In this document: piece by piece, positions 48,017-57,044 of the stretch | How positions within the stretch are numbered: position 1 is the first letter of the stretch | How the letters are laid out: each line of letters starts with the position of its first letter | Assembly: GCA_964588465.1 (NCBI GenBank) | Contig: CAZPPL010000004.1 | Location: 13,182-77,181, forward strand | Direction of reading: 5' to 3' | From: an uncultured Gammaproteobacteria bacterium | GTDB taxonomy: Bacteria > Patescibacteriota > Patescibacteriia > Patescibacteriales > UBA12465 | Length of the DNA: 64,000 bases | Notes under the pieces: model-generated | Seen by the model: the letters and a program-made list of their open reading frames with translations, nothing else | Told to the model about the DNA's origin: nothing | Databases searched by the model: none | Program-made: the position numbers and the translations under genes

Positions 48017-51004
48017 ATGAAACTCAAGAGGTCTAAAAAAATATTTTTTCTAGTTTTTCCTCTTTTTTTAGTATTGGGAATTTTTTTAATTGGGAACTAT
48101 GTTCATGCTGGGTGGGCTACTACCATAGTTAGTAATTTTCTGAGTATTTTTATTTTTGCTTTTGGTTTAATTCTGGGTCTAGTTATTCGCGGTTTAATTT
48201 ATATTGCTTCTTATCAAAATTTTATTAATGTTCAGGTTGTAATTTTAGGCTGGGAGACGGTAAGAGATATTGCCAATATGTTTTTTGTAGTGGTCTTAAT
48301 GATCATTGCTTTTGGGACTATTCTACATTTAGAGAACTATGATTACAAAAAATGGTTGCCTAAGTTGATTATCATGGCGGTTTTAATTAATTTTTCTAAA
48401 ACTATTTGTGGTTTATTAATTGATATTGCTCAAGTAGCCATGCTCACTTTTGTGAATGCCTTTAAAGCTATGGGTGGGGCTAACATGACTGATATGTTAG
48501 GCATTAGCAAGATTGTCACTATGGCTAAAAGTAATGGTAGCAGTAGTTTTTCTACCATTGTTGGGGCTTATATATTAGGAATTTTTTATTTATTAACTGC
48601 AGTAGTGGTAATTACCACTATGATGGTCGTTCTGGCCATGCGTTTAGTTATGATCTGGATCTATGTAGTTCTATCTCCTTTAGCCTATCTCTTAGCCGCT
48701 TTCCCTGGTGGACAAAAATATGCTTCTCAATGGTGGAGTGAATTTACCAAAAATTTAATTATTGGTCCAGTTCTGGCTTTCTTCATTTGGCTATCGCTAG
48801 CTTCTCTGTCTGGTATTAACAATATGGCTTTAACTCCTCAGCAAAAAATTAAAATTAATAATCAAGGAACCAGCTATAATAATTCTATAGTTGCCTCTAG
48901 ACCAAATACTGGTCAGCCTAATCCTATTGGTACTCAAGCTAGTACTCCGTCGGCTTTAATTGCTTTTGTAGTGGGAATTGGTATGCTGATTGGCGGTCTT
49001 AAGATATCTCAAGAAATAGGTGGTGCTGCTGGGGGTATAGCAGGAAAAGGGATGGCTAAAATAAACAGAGGAACGGCTTTTGCTGGTAATTTTGCTGGTA
49101 ATTTTGCTAAGAGACAAGTCCAGGAAGTTGGTCGCGCAGTTCGAAATAATGGTTTAGGCACCGCCTCTATGCTGTCCAAAGGAGCAGGAGGTATAACAAC
49201 TTGGATGGCAAAAGGAAAAGAAACTAAAGTTAGTAGTATTTTGAAGACCCTGGGTAATACTGGATTAGCTTGGCGTTCGGACATGATGAAAAAAAATAAA
49301 AAAAATAAACAAGTTAAACGCCAGCAATTCTTAGAGAAAATGGGTATGGGAGAGAAAGCTATGGATGTGACTAGTGAATTTTTAAAAACAGACACTGGTA
49401 AAGAAGTATCAAGTGCTGTTAATGTTGGAGCGATGGGAGCAGGAATTGGCACTGGTTTTGGCCCAATAGGGGCTGCGGTAGGTGGTGCTGTTGGTTTTCT
49501 GGGTGGCGGTTTAATTAGTCATTTTGCGGGGAAGGGAAAGGACTCAAAGCATAAATGGTGGGGCAAATTAACTGGTAATATCCAATCTTTCACTTCTGAA
49601 ACCACTCAGAAAGCTGCTGCTCATGGCAGTGTAGAGATAGCTAATGCCCGACAAAATGTTAAAAGTGCCAGTAAGGATGCTGGCGGGTTTATGCGAGATT
49701 CTTCGGGTTATACTTTCTATTCCAACACTGGAGGTCAAGCTAAAAAAACTATAGAACAACTAGCCTCTAAGGATAATCCTGATGCTACCACTGCTAGAGA
49801 TAACTTAAGAGATCTCATTAACAACGATGGCCCTGAGATGCATAATGCTCATAGTATGGATTTTGTAGCTGGTCTAGCCAAAGGTATTGCTGCTGCCAAA
49901 AAAGGTGGTATGGATGTTAGCAGACTTCAAGAAATTATTAATGCTATAGATAGTCATAATGGTGGTCAGGGCGACATTCATGGATTAAAAGGGGCTACTG
50001 TAGGAAGCTTAGAAGATAATGTGATTGCTTATCGCCACTCCTCTAAAGATAGTGAACATGGCAGTGGTCAGTTGGCGGTTGGCACTCTAGCTAATAATAC
50101 TCAGAATGAAGCTGGTAAAAATATTGTGGGAGTTGATTTTTCCAAATTAAAAGAGCAAGGAGTTGAAATTGATAGTGAGGGACTAGGAGCAAATGTTAGT
50201 GGTGCTAATATGGTAAATATCTCTGGAGCTATTATCAAAGAAATTAATACTGAGCAGTCTAACCTACAAGAAGCTAGAAATAGTGGAGAAATTAGTGAGA
50301 CTGAATTTAGTAAACGTAATGCTAATTTAGATAAGGCTAAGGAAAAGCTGTCTAATCCAGAAGAATTGAAGAATTTGAGTTTGGTCAACACTGCTTCTAA
50401 AGATTATGGACGTCAAGAAAGAATGACTACGGTCTATCATGAAGAAATACATAAAGGCGGAGTACAGGATGAAGATCTTACCGAAAATATTGCCCAGAGT
50501 TTAATGGGTAATAAGTTGTATGGTCGTAATGCTAGTTCGGGTGGACGTCATGCTACAGAAATTGCTACTTTTGCCAAGGGATTGAAGGATAAAAATATGA
50601 GCAACGGCGACATTATGAAAGAAGTTGATAAAGAAATAAAATCACGTCTTAAAATGGAAGGAGAGAGTAGAGCTGCTCGGGTTATAAATAAAGAGACTGG
50701 GCATAAGGAGAGTGAATCAGAAGCTACTGGGGGAGAGAACAATGCTTCAAAACCAGATAGTCCCGAAATAGATACCGAAGGTCTGCAAAGAAGCATTGAT
50801 CAATTGTCTGAAAAATTTAATAAATTTAAATTAGAATCTCCAGATTTATTAGCGTCGCTCTCCCCTCAGAAGTTTAAAGGCGGTATGGACACTTATGCCT
50901 TAAGAACCTTATTTAAAAAGATTGTTAGTAGCAATAATCGTTTGGCCAAAAGGCTGTCAACTCCGCTGGAGGCTAAAGTATTAATTAATACTGAAAAAAC
51001 CTAG
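48017..51004 (+). CDS. VirB6/TrbL-like polytopic membrane protein with a ~650-aa hydrophilic C-terminal extension
   Basis: The N-terminal ~330 aa carry at least six hydrophobic helices, organised like TrbL/VirB6. A Gly-rich stretch follows (GGAAGGIAGKGMAK, GAMGAGIGTGFGPIGAAVGGAVGFLGGG), then a long charged tail. Confidence 0.5.
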   Translation: MKLKRSKKIFFLVFPLFLVLGIFLIGNYVHAGWATTIVSNFLSIFIFAFGLILGLVIRGLIYIASYQNFINVQVVILGWETVRDIANMFFVVVLMIIAFGTILHLENYDYKKWLPKLIIMAVLINFSKTICGLLIDIAQVAMLTFVNAFKAMGGANMTDMLGISKIVTMAKSNGSSSFSTIVGAYILGIFYLLTAVVVITTMMVVLAMRLVMIWIYVVLSPLAYLLAAFPGGQKYASQWWSEFTKNLIIGPVLAFFIWLSLASLSGINNMALTPQQKIKINNQGTSYNNSIVASRPNTGQPNPIGTQASTPSALIAFVVGIGMLIGGLKISQEIGGAAGGIAGKGMAKINRGTAFAGNFAGNFAKRQVQEVGRAVRNNGLGTASMLSKGAGGITTWMAKGKETKVSSILKTLGNTGLAWRSDMMKKNKKNKQVKRQQFLEKMGMGEKAMDVTSEFLKTDTGKEVSSAVNVGAMGAGIGTGFGPIGAAVGGAVGFLGGGLISHFAGKGKDSKHKWWGKLTGNIQSFTSETTQKAAAHGSVEIANARQNVKSASKDAGGFMRDSSGYTFYSNTGGQAKKTIEQLASKDNPDATTARDNLRDLINNDGPEMHNAHSMDFVAGLAKGIAAAKKGGMDVSRLQEIINAIDSHNGGQGDIHGLKGATVGSLEDNVIAYRHSSKDSEHGSGQLAVGTLANNTQNEAGKNIVGVDFSKLKEQGVEIDSEGLGANVSGANMVNISGAIIKEINTEQSNLQEARNSGEISETEFSKRNANLDKAKEKLSNPEELKNLSLVNTASKDYGRQERMTTVYHEEIHKGGVQDEDLTENIAQSLMGNKLYGRNASSGGRHATEIATFAKGLKDKNMSNGDIMKEVDKEIKSRLKMEGESRAARVINKETGHKESESEATGGENNASKPDSPEIDTEGLQRSIDQLSEKFNKFKLESPDLLASLSPQKFKGGMDTYALRTLFKKIVSSNNRLAKRLSTPLEAKVLINTEKT

Positions 51005-51021
51005 AGTGAAAGCGTCCAAAG

Positions 51022-52029
51022 ATGAATTTTATGACTTATACTCAAGAGTGTTTAGAAAAATTTCAAGAATTGCCAAATCTAGCCAAAGAAAAAATTGGCG
51101 GGGCAGAGACTTTTAATGTCATCACAGAATTAGAAAAAAAATATAAGGTTTCTTTGAGTTTTCTTATAGTATTATTAGCGATTGGGGAGTTAGGTGACGA
51201 AGATATCTATGATTATGTCACTGCTCGTTATCAATTAGAACCAGCATTTGCTAAAACCTTAAGCCAAGAGATTAAAAGTAAGATACTGGATCCATTTTTA
51301 GTAAATCTTCGGGAGATCTGGGGATTAACTCCAGAGAATCCAATACCAGATTTAAGGAATTCGGAAGATAATGAAAAAATGATATTAGAAATTTTTTCCA
51401 ATCAGCTGGTAAAAACTTTAAAAATTAATAAATTTGATGATTTACATAAATTAAATATTCTAATTTTTAAGATTCTTCATGATAATGATAATTTTGAGAA
51501 CAAAATCATCGAAATTCTTTATAATAGTCCGGATAAACTCACCTCTCATAGATTAGTTTCTATTGATCGGAAAGTAGAGCCCACAGTTGCTAATTGGCTC
51601 AAAGATTTTATTAAACAAAATGGTAGTAAATTATTTGATGAGCTGTCTTTAGAGCAATATTTAGTTAATTCGGAGAATGCTAGAGAATTAGAACCAGAAG
51701 AAAAAAATTTAGTACGCAAACTATTAAAATTATATCGTAATTTAGTATTCTTTCCAGAGAGCATGGAAGGTATTCCCTTGGAACAGTGGGAGATTTTTTC
51801 TGTTGATTATCAACCCGAGAATCAATCCTCAGGGATAAGAGATGTTTTAGCCACTCCAGCTGAAACCGCACCTGGTGAGGCTTTGACTAAACAGCTTATT
51901 GAATTAGAAGAAACCTTAAAAAATTATTCTCCCTCCAGTTTAGAGTATAAAGCTCTTAGCCAGGAAATTAGTCGTTTAAAACGGGGTTCTTTAAAAATAG
52001 CTCAACAACAATCTAGTTTGAGAAAATAA
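51022..52029 (+). CDS. Hypothetical protein, paralog A (shares its N-terminal domain with 52306..53934)
   Basis: LEKFQELPNLAKEKI...ITELEKKYKVSLSFLIVLL aligns with LQKFNNLPSDLQAKV...ISDLERKYKVDLAMVIMKI of the next gene. Confidence 0.5.
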   Translation: MNFMTYTQECLEKFQELPNLAKEKIGGAETFNVITELEKKYKVSLSFLIVLLAIGELGDEDIYDYVTARYQLEPAFAKTLSQEIKSKILDPFLVNLREIWGLTPENPIPDLRNSEDNEKMILEIFSNQLVKTLKINKFDDLHKLNILIFKILHDNDNFENKIIEILYNSPDKLTSHRLVSIDRKVEPTVANWLKDFIKQNGSKLFDELSLEQYLVNSENARELEPEEKNLVRKLLKLYRNLVFFPESMEGIPLEQWEIFSVDYQPENQSSGIRDVLATPAETAPGEALTKQLIELEETLKNYSPSSLEYKALSQEISRLKRGSLKIAQQQSSLRK

Positions 52030-52305
52030 GTCTTATTTATTATAATATTATAGATAAGTAGAGTCGTATATTTATTAGGAATCTTAGTGGAATCTTATTT
52101 TTTTATATATTTAAAAATTAGAATTTTTTTATTCTCAGAGAGTTTGAGTTTAAGAATTATTTTAGCCTCTTAGTTAATAATAGTTTATTGTTTAAAATAA
52201 ACTTGATTAATATGATATCTTTCCTCTTTTAAGCGAAATATGTTAAAATAAAAATAGTTTAATAAACTGATTTCTCTTTTTATTTTGCTTATTTTCCCTT
52301 AAGCC

Positions 52306-53934
52306 ATGTTTGATTATCTACAAAAATTTAACAATCTTCCTTCCGACTTGCAGGCCAAGGTTTCTTCACCAGCTGTTATGGCTATAATTTCTGATTTAGA
52401 AAGGAAATATAAAGTAGATTTAGCCATGGTTATTATGAAAATCATGACTAAAAGTCTGCATTTTAGTGATTTAGCAGCCTATTTCGTTAATGAATTTAGT
52501 ATAGATTCACTTAAAGCTCAACAGTTAGTTATAGAATTGAAAGAAAAAATTTTTATGTCGGTGGCGGATTATCTAGGTCTTAGTGCGGAGCTAAAGAGTT
52601 CAGATTTAGATAAGGATTTTAATTCTTTTATTAAAGGGTTAGGAATAGTTTTACCTAGTTCAGTTCTAGTTAAACGATTTAAAAACATTATTAAAATATA
52701 TCTCAAAGGAGTTCGTAATAAAATTGATACTAGAAATACTTTAGCTAAAAATGTTAAAATCGGTGGTTTAAATTTAAGCGAGGAGGAAATTGGACAAATT
52801 TTAAAAGCTTGCGATGACAGAAAATATATAAATAAAACTGAATCTTTGGCTAGTAAATCTGTAGATTCAATTTCTAATAAATTAGTTTCTTCGGCGGCAC
52901 AGGAGACTTCCGTTTCTTCATCTCCCTCTCATTTGTCAATTGATTCCACTGTAGTACCAGAATATAATTTAAAACAAGCCATCAAAGATGGTAAAATAAA
53001 ACATTTGAAAATTTCTGCTCCGCAGGTACCATTAGATCTACCATTAAATAAATCAGTTCCCAAAATAGCTTCAAGTTCACAAGCTGATTCTAAACCTAAA
53101 GTAGAATCTGAATCAGTCTCAGCCTCTATGAAAATGGCTCCATCTACCTCGTCTCCAAAGCCAGTGAATCTCCAAGCTACAGTTCAGAGTCAAGCAGTTA
53201 CCCCTAGCCCTAGTTTAGCTGGAGAGTTAGGAGTTTCCTTAACTCCTCTTCATAAAATAGTTCCTTCCAATCCTCCTGCCCCTAGCATTACTCAACAGAA
53301 AAATACTCCAGTATTGCGTTCATTTAAAAAAACTAGTTTTTGGTCTAGGCTTTCTTTGTTTAAAAAAGAGTCAAAATCAAGGGCTAATACGCCTAAGCTT
53401 AATGCCACCTCAATTAGTAAACCTCTTACTAAATCTTCAGTCCCCGCTCCCCCAGTTTCTAAATCGGTAATAGCTTCGTCCAAACCATCACTAATTCAGC
53501 AGTCTATCTCTCCTTTAAATGTTAGTGCTCCTAAGCAGGTTATATCTCGTCCTGCTCCAACCTCTTCAGCTAGTCATCCAGCCATGCAAGATATTAAAGC
53601 TATGCCTAAGGTTATGGGTCCGATTGAAGAATTGAAATTTTTGGATTTACTTAATTTTAGACGTTTAGGCCATAATCCCAAAGAAGCAACGGATAAAATT
53701 TTAAACAAAATAAAATTGTTGGAACAAGAGGGTTATGATAAAATGGTAGCAGGAGTATTGGCCTGGCGACAGAGTCCACTTAACCGTTTATATTTACGTT
53801 TAGGGCAAGAGGCACTTGATAAAAATGTACCCCTTAAAGATTATGTGCTTTCTTTACAGAATACAGGGAAAGAGCAACTAAGTTTCCAGGATATAGAGGC
53901 TTTGTTAAGTTTAAATAGTAAATTAATATTCTAG
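52306..53934 (+). CDS. Hypothetical protein, paralog B, with a ~230-aa S/P/T-rich linker and a C-terminal globular domain
   Basis: It shares an N-terminal domain with 51022..52029. The middle is low-complexity (SSPSHLS...PSTSSPKPVNL...PPAPSITQ...PAPPVSKS). The C-terminus is MGPIEELKFLDLLNFRRLG.... Confidence 0.5.
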   Translation: MFDYLQKFNNLPSDLQAKVSSPAVMAIISDLERKYKVDLAMVIMKIMTKSLHFSDLAAYFVNEFSIDSLKAQQLVIELKEKIFMSVADYLGLSAELKSSDLDKDFNSFIKGLGIVLPSSVLVKRFKNIIKIYLKGVRNKIDTRNTLAKNVKIGGLNLSEEEIGQILKACDDRKYINKTESLASKSVDSISNKLVSSAAQETSVSSSPSHLSIDSTVVPEYNLKQAIKDGKIKHLKISAPQVPLDLPLNKSVPKIASSSQADSKPKVESESVSASMKMAPSTSSPKPVNLQATVQSQAVTPSPSLAGELGVSLTPLHKIVPSNPPAPSITQQKNTPVLRSFKKTSFWSRLSLFKKESKSRANTPKLNATSISKPLTKSSVPAPPVSKSVIASSKPSLIQQSISPLNVSAPKQVISRPAPTSSASHPAMQDIKAMPKVMGPIEELKFLDLLNFRRLGHNPKEATDKILNKIKLLEQEGYDKMVAGVLAWRQSPLNRLYLRLGQEALDKNVPLKDYVLSLQNTGKEQLSFQDIEALLSLNSKLIF

Positions 53935-53953
53935 GGATAGCTTTATTGATTAT

Positions 53954-54373
53954 ATGCAACAGTTTACCGTACCACAATTCATTGATGTAGAAAATAAAAT
54001 CATTGGCCCAATTACTACTCGGCAGTTTATGATAATATTAGGCGGAGCAGTGGTCTTAGGCATCAGCTATAAATTAGCCGATTTTTCTCTATTTATTTTT
54101 ATAGCTATAATTGTTTTCCTTTTAGTATCAGCCTTTGCTTTTGTGAAAGTCAATGGTAGACCGTTTCACCTTTTTGTTATAAATGTTACTCAGACTTTGC
54201 GTCGACCCAATTTAAGAGTATGGAGAAATCAAGGGCTACCTTTAGGAAAAGAGCAACAATCTCCTATAGCCGATCTTAAGCCACAGGTCGCTCCACCTAA
54301 ATTTTATAAAAAGTCACGTCTAGCAGAATTAGCCTTAATTGTAGATACTAAGGGCCGTTATCAAGGAGAGTAA
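53954..54373 (+). CDS. PrgI family (VirB3-like) T4SS membrane protein
   Basis: MQQFTVPQFIDVENKIIGPITTRQFMIILGGAVVLGISY is followed by a second TM helix. The 139-aa size and the position upstream of VirB4 match PrgI/VirB3-like proteins of Gram-positive-type T4SS. Confidence 0.65.
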   Translation: MQQFTVPQFIDVENKIIGPITTRQFMIILGGAVVLGISYKLADFSLFIFIAIIVFLLVSAFAFVKVNGRPFHLFVINVTQTLRRPNLRVWRNQGLPLGKEQQSPIADLKPQVAPPKFYKKSRLAELALIVDTKGRYQGE

Positions 54374-54394
54374 CAAATTCTAGTAAATATCCAT

Positions 54395-55075
54395 ATGTCT
54401 AGAAAAAGTTTAGCTAAAAATAAAATAAATGCCTATACTCAACAATACTTAAATATTGCTGAAATTAAAGAGGATACTGTTGTTATGAAGGATGGTACGC
54501 TACGGGCAGTATTGCTGGTTTCTAGTATTAATTTTGCTTTAAAGAGTGAAGATGAACAAAATGCGGTGATTAATTCCTATATTAGTTTTCTCAATAATAT
54601 TAATTTTAGTATTCAGATAGTCATTCAATCACGGGAATTAAATATTGATAATTATTTAGAGTATTTAAAAAGCAAAGAAAAAGTGCAGACTAATAAATTA
54701 TTAAAAATACAGACTACTGATTATATAGAATATATTAAAGATTTAACTTCTTTGGGCAAAATTATGAATAAACGCTTCTATGTAGTGGTGCCTTATGATC
54801 CCTTATCGGATAAGCATAAAGGGTTTTTTAGTTTGATAAGCGAAGCGCTGAGGCCAGCTACAATTATTAGATTAAAAGATAAGATTTTTAGAAATTATCA
54901 AGAGATGTTAAATCGTCGGATTGAAAGTGTGATTGGTGGCTTTGAATCTATGGGCGTGGCTGCGGTACGCCTAGATTCGCAAAGTCTTATTGAATTATAT
55001 TATAAAACTTATAACCCAGAGACTGCTAAGAATCAGGAATTAGTTGATTTAGATAAAATTAGAGTAGAAAAATAA
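54395..55075 (+). CDS. T4SS-associated protein resembling a VirB4 N-terminal domain, in frame with the downstream VirB4 ORF
   Basis: IAEIKEDTVVMKDGTLRAVLLVSSINFALKSEDEQNAVINSYISFLNNINFSIQIVIQSR follows the pattern seen at VirB4/TrbE N-termini. It is in the same frame as 55082..57004 and separated from it only by TAA-AAT-AGT. Confidence 0.4.
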   Translation: MSRKSLAKNKINAYTQQYLNIAEIKEDTVVMKDGTLRAVLLVSSINFALKSEDEQNAVINSYISFLNNINFSIQIVIQSRELNIDNYLEYLKSKEKVQTNKLLKIQTTDYIEYIKDLTSLGKIMNKRFYVVVPYDPLSDKHKGFFSLISEALRPATIIRLKDKIFRNYQEMLNRRIESVIGGFESMGVAAVRLDSQSLIELYYKTYNPETAKNQELVDLDKIRVEK

Positions 55076-55081
55076 AATAGT

Positions 55082-57004
55082 ATGATAAATTTTAATAAAA
55101 AGAAAACTAATGGTATTAAGTTTAATACTCCGATTAGTCTGGGGGCTAAGTCTACTGGACCGTCCATTGAGGTAAATCCAGAATTGACTCGGGAGGTGAT
55201 TGAGGAGGAAAAAACTTTTCGTCGAGGAATTCTATCGGTCCGAGATATTATTGCTCCCGCCAGTCTAAAAATAGAAGCTAATTTTTTACATTTAGGCCAG
55301 CAATTCTTACGGACTCTATTTGTTATTAGTTATCCTCGTTATATCTCGGTAGGTTGGTTTGCTCCGATTATAAATTTAAATGTTACTTTTGATATTTCCA
55401 TGTTTTTTTATCCAGTGAAGAGCGCTATTATCTTAAAACAATTAAAAAATAAAGTAGGAGCTCTGGAAGCTCAAATAGTTTCTGATGCCGAAAAGGGAGC
55501 TGCTCGTGATCCGCTTAGAGAAACCGCTTTACGTGATATTGAATATCTCCGCGATGCCTTAACCCAAGGAACAGAGAAATTTTTTCAATTCTCTTTGTAT
55601 GTAACTCTATATGCGGATAGTTTAGAAAATTTGGATCGTTTATCTGATCAGACTGAAGATATTTTCGGTTCACGTTTAGTTTATTCTCGTCGAGTTTATT
55701 ATCAAGCTGAACAAGGTTTTAATTCTACTCTGCCTTTAGGCGATGATGAACTATATATTACTTTTAATATGAATTCTTCACCAGTGGCTTCATCTTTCCC
55801 TTTTATTTCTAGTGAGCTTACTAGTGATCAAGGAATCTTATATGGCATTAATCGCCATAATAACAGTTTAATTTTATTTGATCGTTTTAGCCTACAAAAT
55901 GCTAATTCGGTAGTTTTTGCTACTACTGGTGCTGGGAAAAGTTATGCCATTAAATTAGAAATTTTGCGTTCTTTGATGTTGGGAACAGATATAATTGTTA
56001 TTGATCCTGAATATGAATATAAACATTTATCTGAGGCCGTTGGTGGAACCTATATTAATATCTCTTTATCTTCAGAGAATAAGATTAATCCTTTTGATCT
56101 CCCACGCTCTATCGGGGGTGAGGCTAAACCCAAGGATATTATTCGTAGTGCAGTTATCACGCTAAAAGGTTTAGTGCGTCTTATGCTAGGTAAATTAACT
56201 TATGATGAGGATTCTGTTGTTGATAGAGCTTTATTAGAAACTTATGCTAAAAAAGATATTACTCCTGATTCAGATTTATCTAACATTGAACCACCAGTTA
56301 TGTCAGATTTAGAACAGATTTTAGACGGTATGGAAGGGGGGGCGGATTTAGCCTTACGTTTACGTAAATATACACAGGGCACTTTTGCTGGACTACTCAA
56401 TAATCAAACTAATGTAGAAATGAATAATCAATTAATATGTTTTTCAGTACGTGATTTAGAGGATGAACTACGACCCATAGCTATTTATACGGTTATTAAT
56501 TATATTTGGAATGTGGTTAGAAGCGAATTGAAAAAAAGAATCCTAGTTATTGATGAAGCTTGGTGGATGATGCAACATGAAGATAGCGCCAAGTTTATAT
56601 TTGCCTTAGTTAAACGTTGTCGTAAATATTATTTAGGAGTTACTACTATTACACAAGATGTTAATGATTTTTTGACCTCACCTTATGGACAAGCTATTAT
56701 TACTAATTCTTCAATGCAGATTTTGTTAAAACAATCTAGCGCTTCAATCGATTTAATTCAGAAGACCTTTTTACTAACTGAAGGAGAAAAGTATTTACTC
56801 CTGGAATGTGCTGTTGGTGAGGGAGTATTCTTTGCTGGTAATAAACATGTGGCCATGAAGGTGGTTGCTTCTTATACCGAAGATCAACTCATCACTTCGG
56901 ACCCGCGTCAATTGCTGGAGATAGAAGAGGCTAAAAAGGATTTTGCCAATAGTCAATCTGCTGAGTCCGGACAGACCACCAAGGATGATAAAGTAAAAGA
57001 GTAA
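55082..57004 (+). CDS. virB4: VirB4-family T4SS ATPase (Gram-positive/TraE-PrgJ-like)
   Basis: Walker A is FATTGAGKSYA (GAGKS at 55928..55942) and Walker B is ILVIDEAWWMM (DE at 56552..56557). The N-terminal IAPASLKIEANFLHLGQQFLRTLFVISYPRYISVGWF is typical of conjugative VirB4 proteins. Confidence 0.85.
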   Translation: MINFNKKKTNGIKFNTPISLGAKSTGPSIEVNPELTREVIEEEKTFRRGILSVRDIIAPASLKIEANFLHLGQQFLRTLFVISYPRYISVGWFAPIINLNVTFDISMFFYPVKSAIILKQLKNKVGALEAQIVSDAEKGAARDPLRETALRDIEYLRDALTQGTEKFFQFSLYVTLYADSLENLDRLSDQTEDIFGSRLVYSRRVYYQAEQGFNSTLPLGDDELYITFNMNSSPVASSFPFISSELTSDQGILYGINRHNNSLILFDRFSLQNANSVVFATTGAGKSYAIKLEILRSLMLGTDIIVIDPEYEYKHLSEAVGGTYINISLSSENKINPFDLPRSIGGEAKPKDIIRSAVITLKGLVRLMLGKLTYDEDSVVDRALLETYAKKDITPDSDLSNIEPPVMSDLEQILDGMEGGADLALRLRKYTQGTFAGLLNNQTNVEMNNQLICFSVRDLEDELRPIAIYTVINYIWNVVRSELKKRILVIDEAWWMMQHEDSAKFIFALVKRCRKYYLGVTTITQDVNDFLTSPYGQAIITNSSMQILLKQSSASIDLIQKTFLLTEGEKYLLLECAVGEGVFFAGNKHVAMKVVASYTEDQLITSDPRQLLEIEEAKKDFANSQSAESGQTTKDDKVKE

Positions 57005-57044
57005 TAGTTAGAGTTAAACTAATTTATGATTTTAATTCAATTAT

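Noticed and set aside
50438-50452. An HEEIH (HExxH) motif in the VirB6-like tail, a possible zinc metalloprotease site.
   Set aside because: A bare HExxH occurs often by chance. I see no downstream third ligand motif or Met-turn, and the surrounding sequence is charged, low-complexity and helical. It is not enough to call a protease.
49009-50796. Minus-strand ORFs opposite the VirB6-like gene: 49009-49452, 49568-49759, 50101-50391 and 50548-50796.
   Set aside because: They are shadows of Gly/Ala/Lys-rich coding sequence, which gives P/A/F-rich antisense frames. They have no start context or independent evidence.
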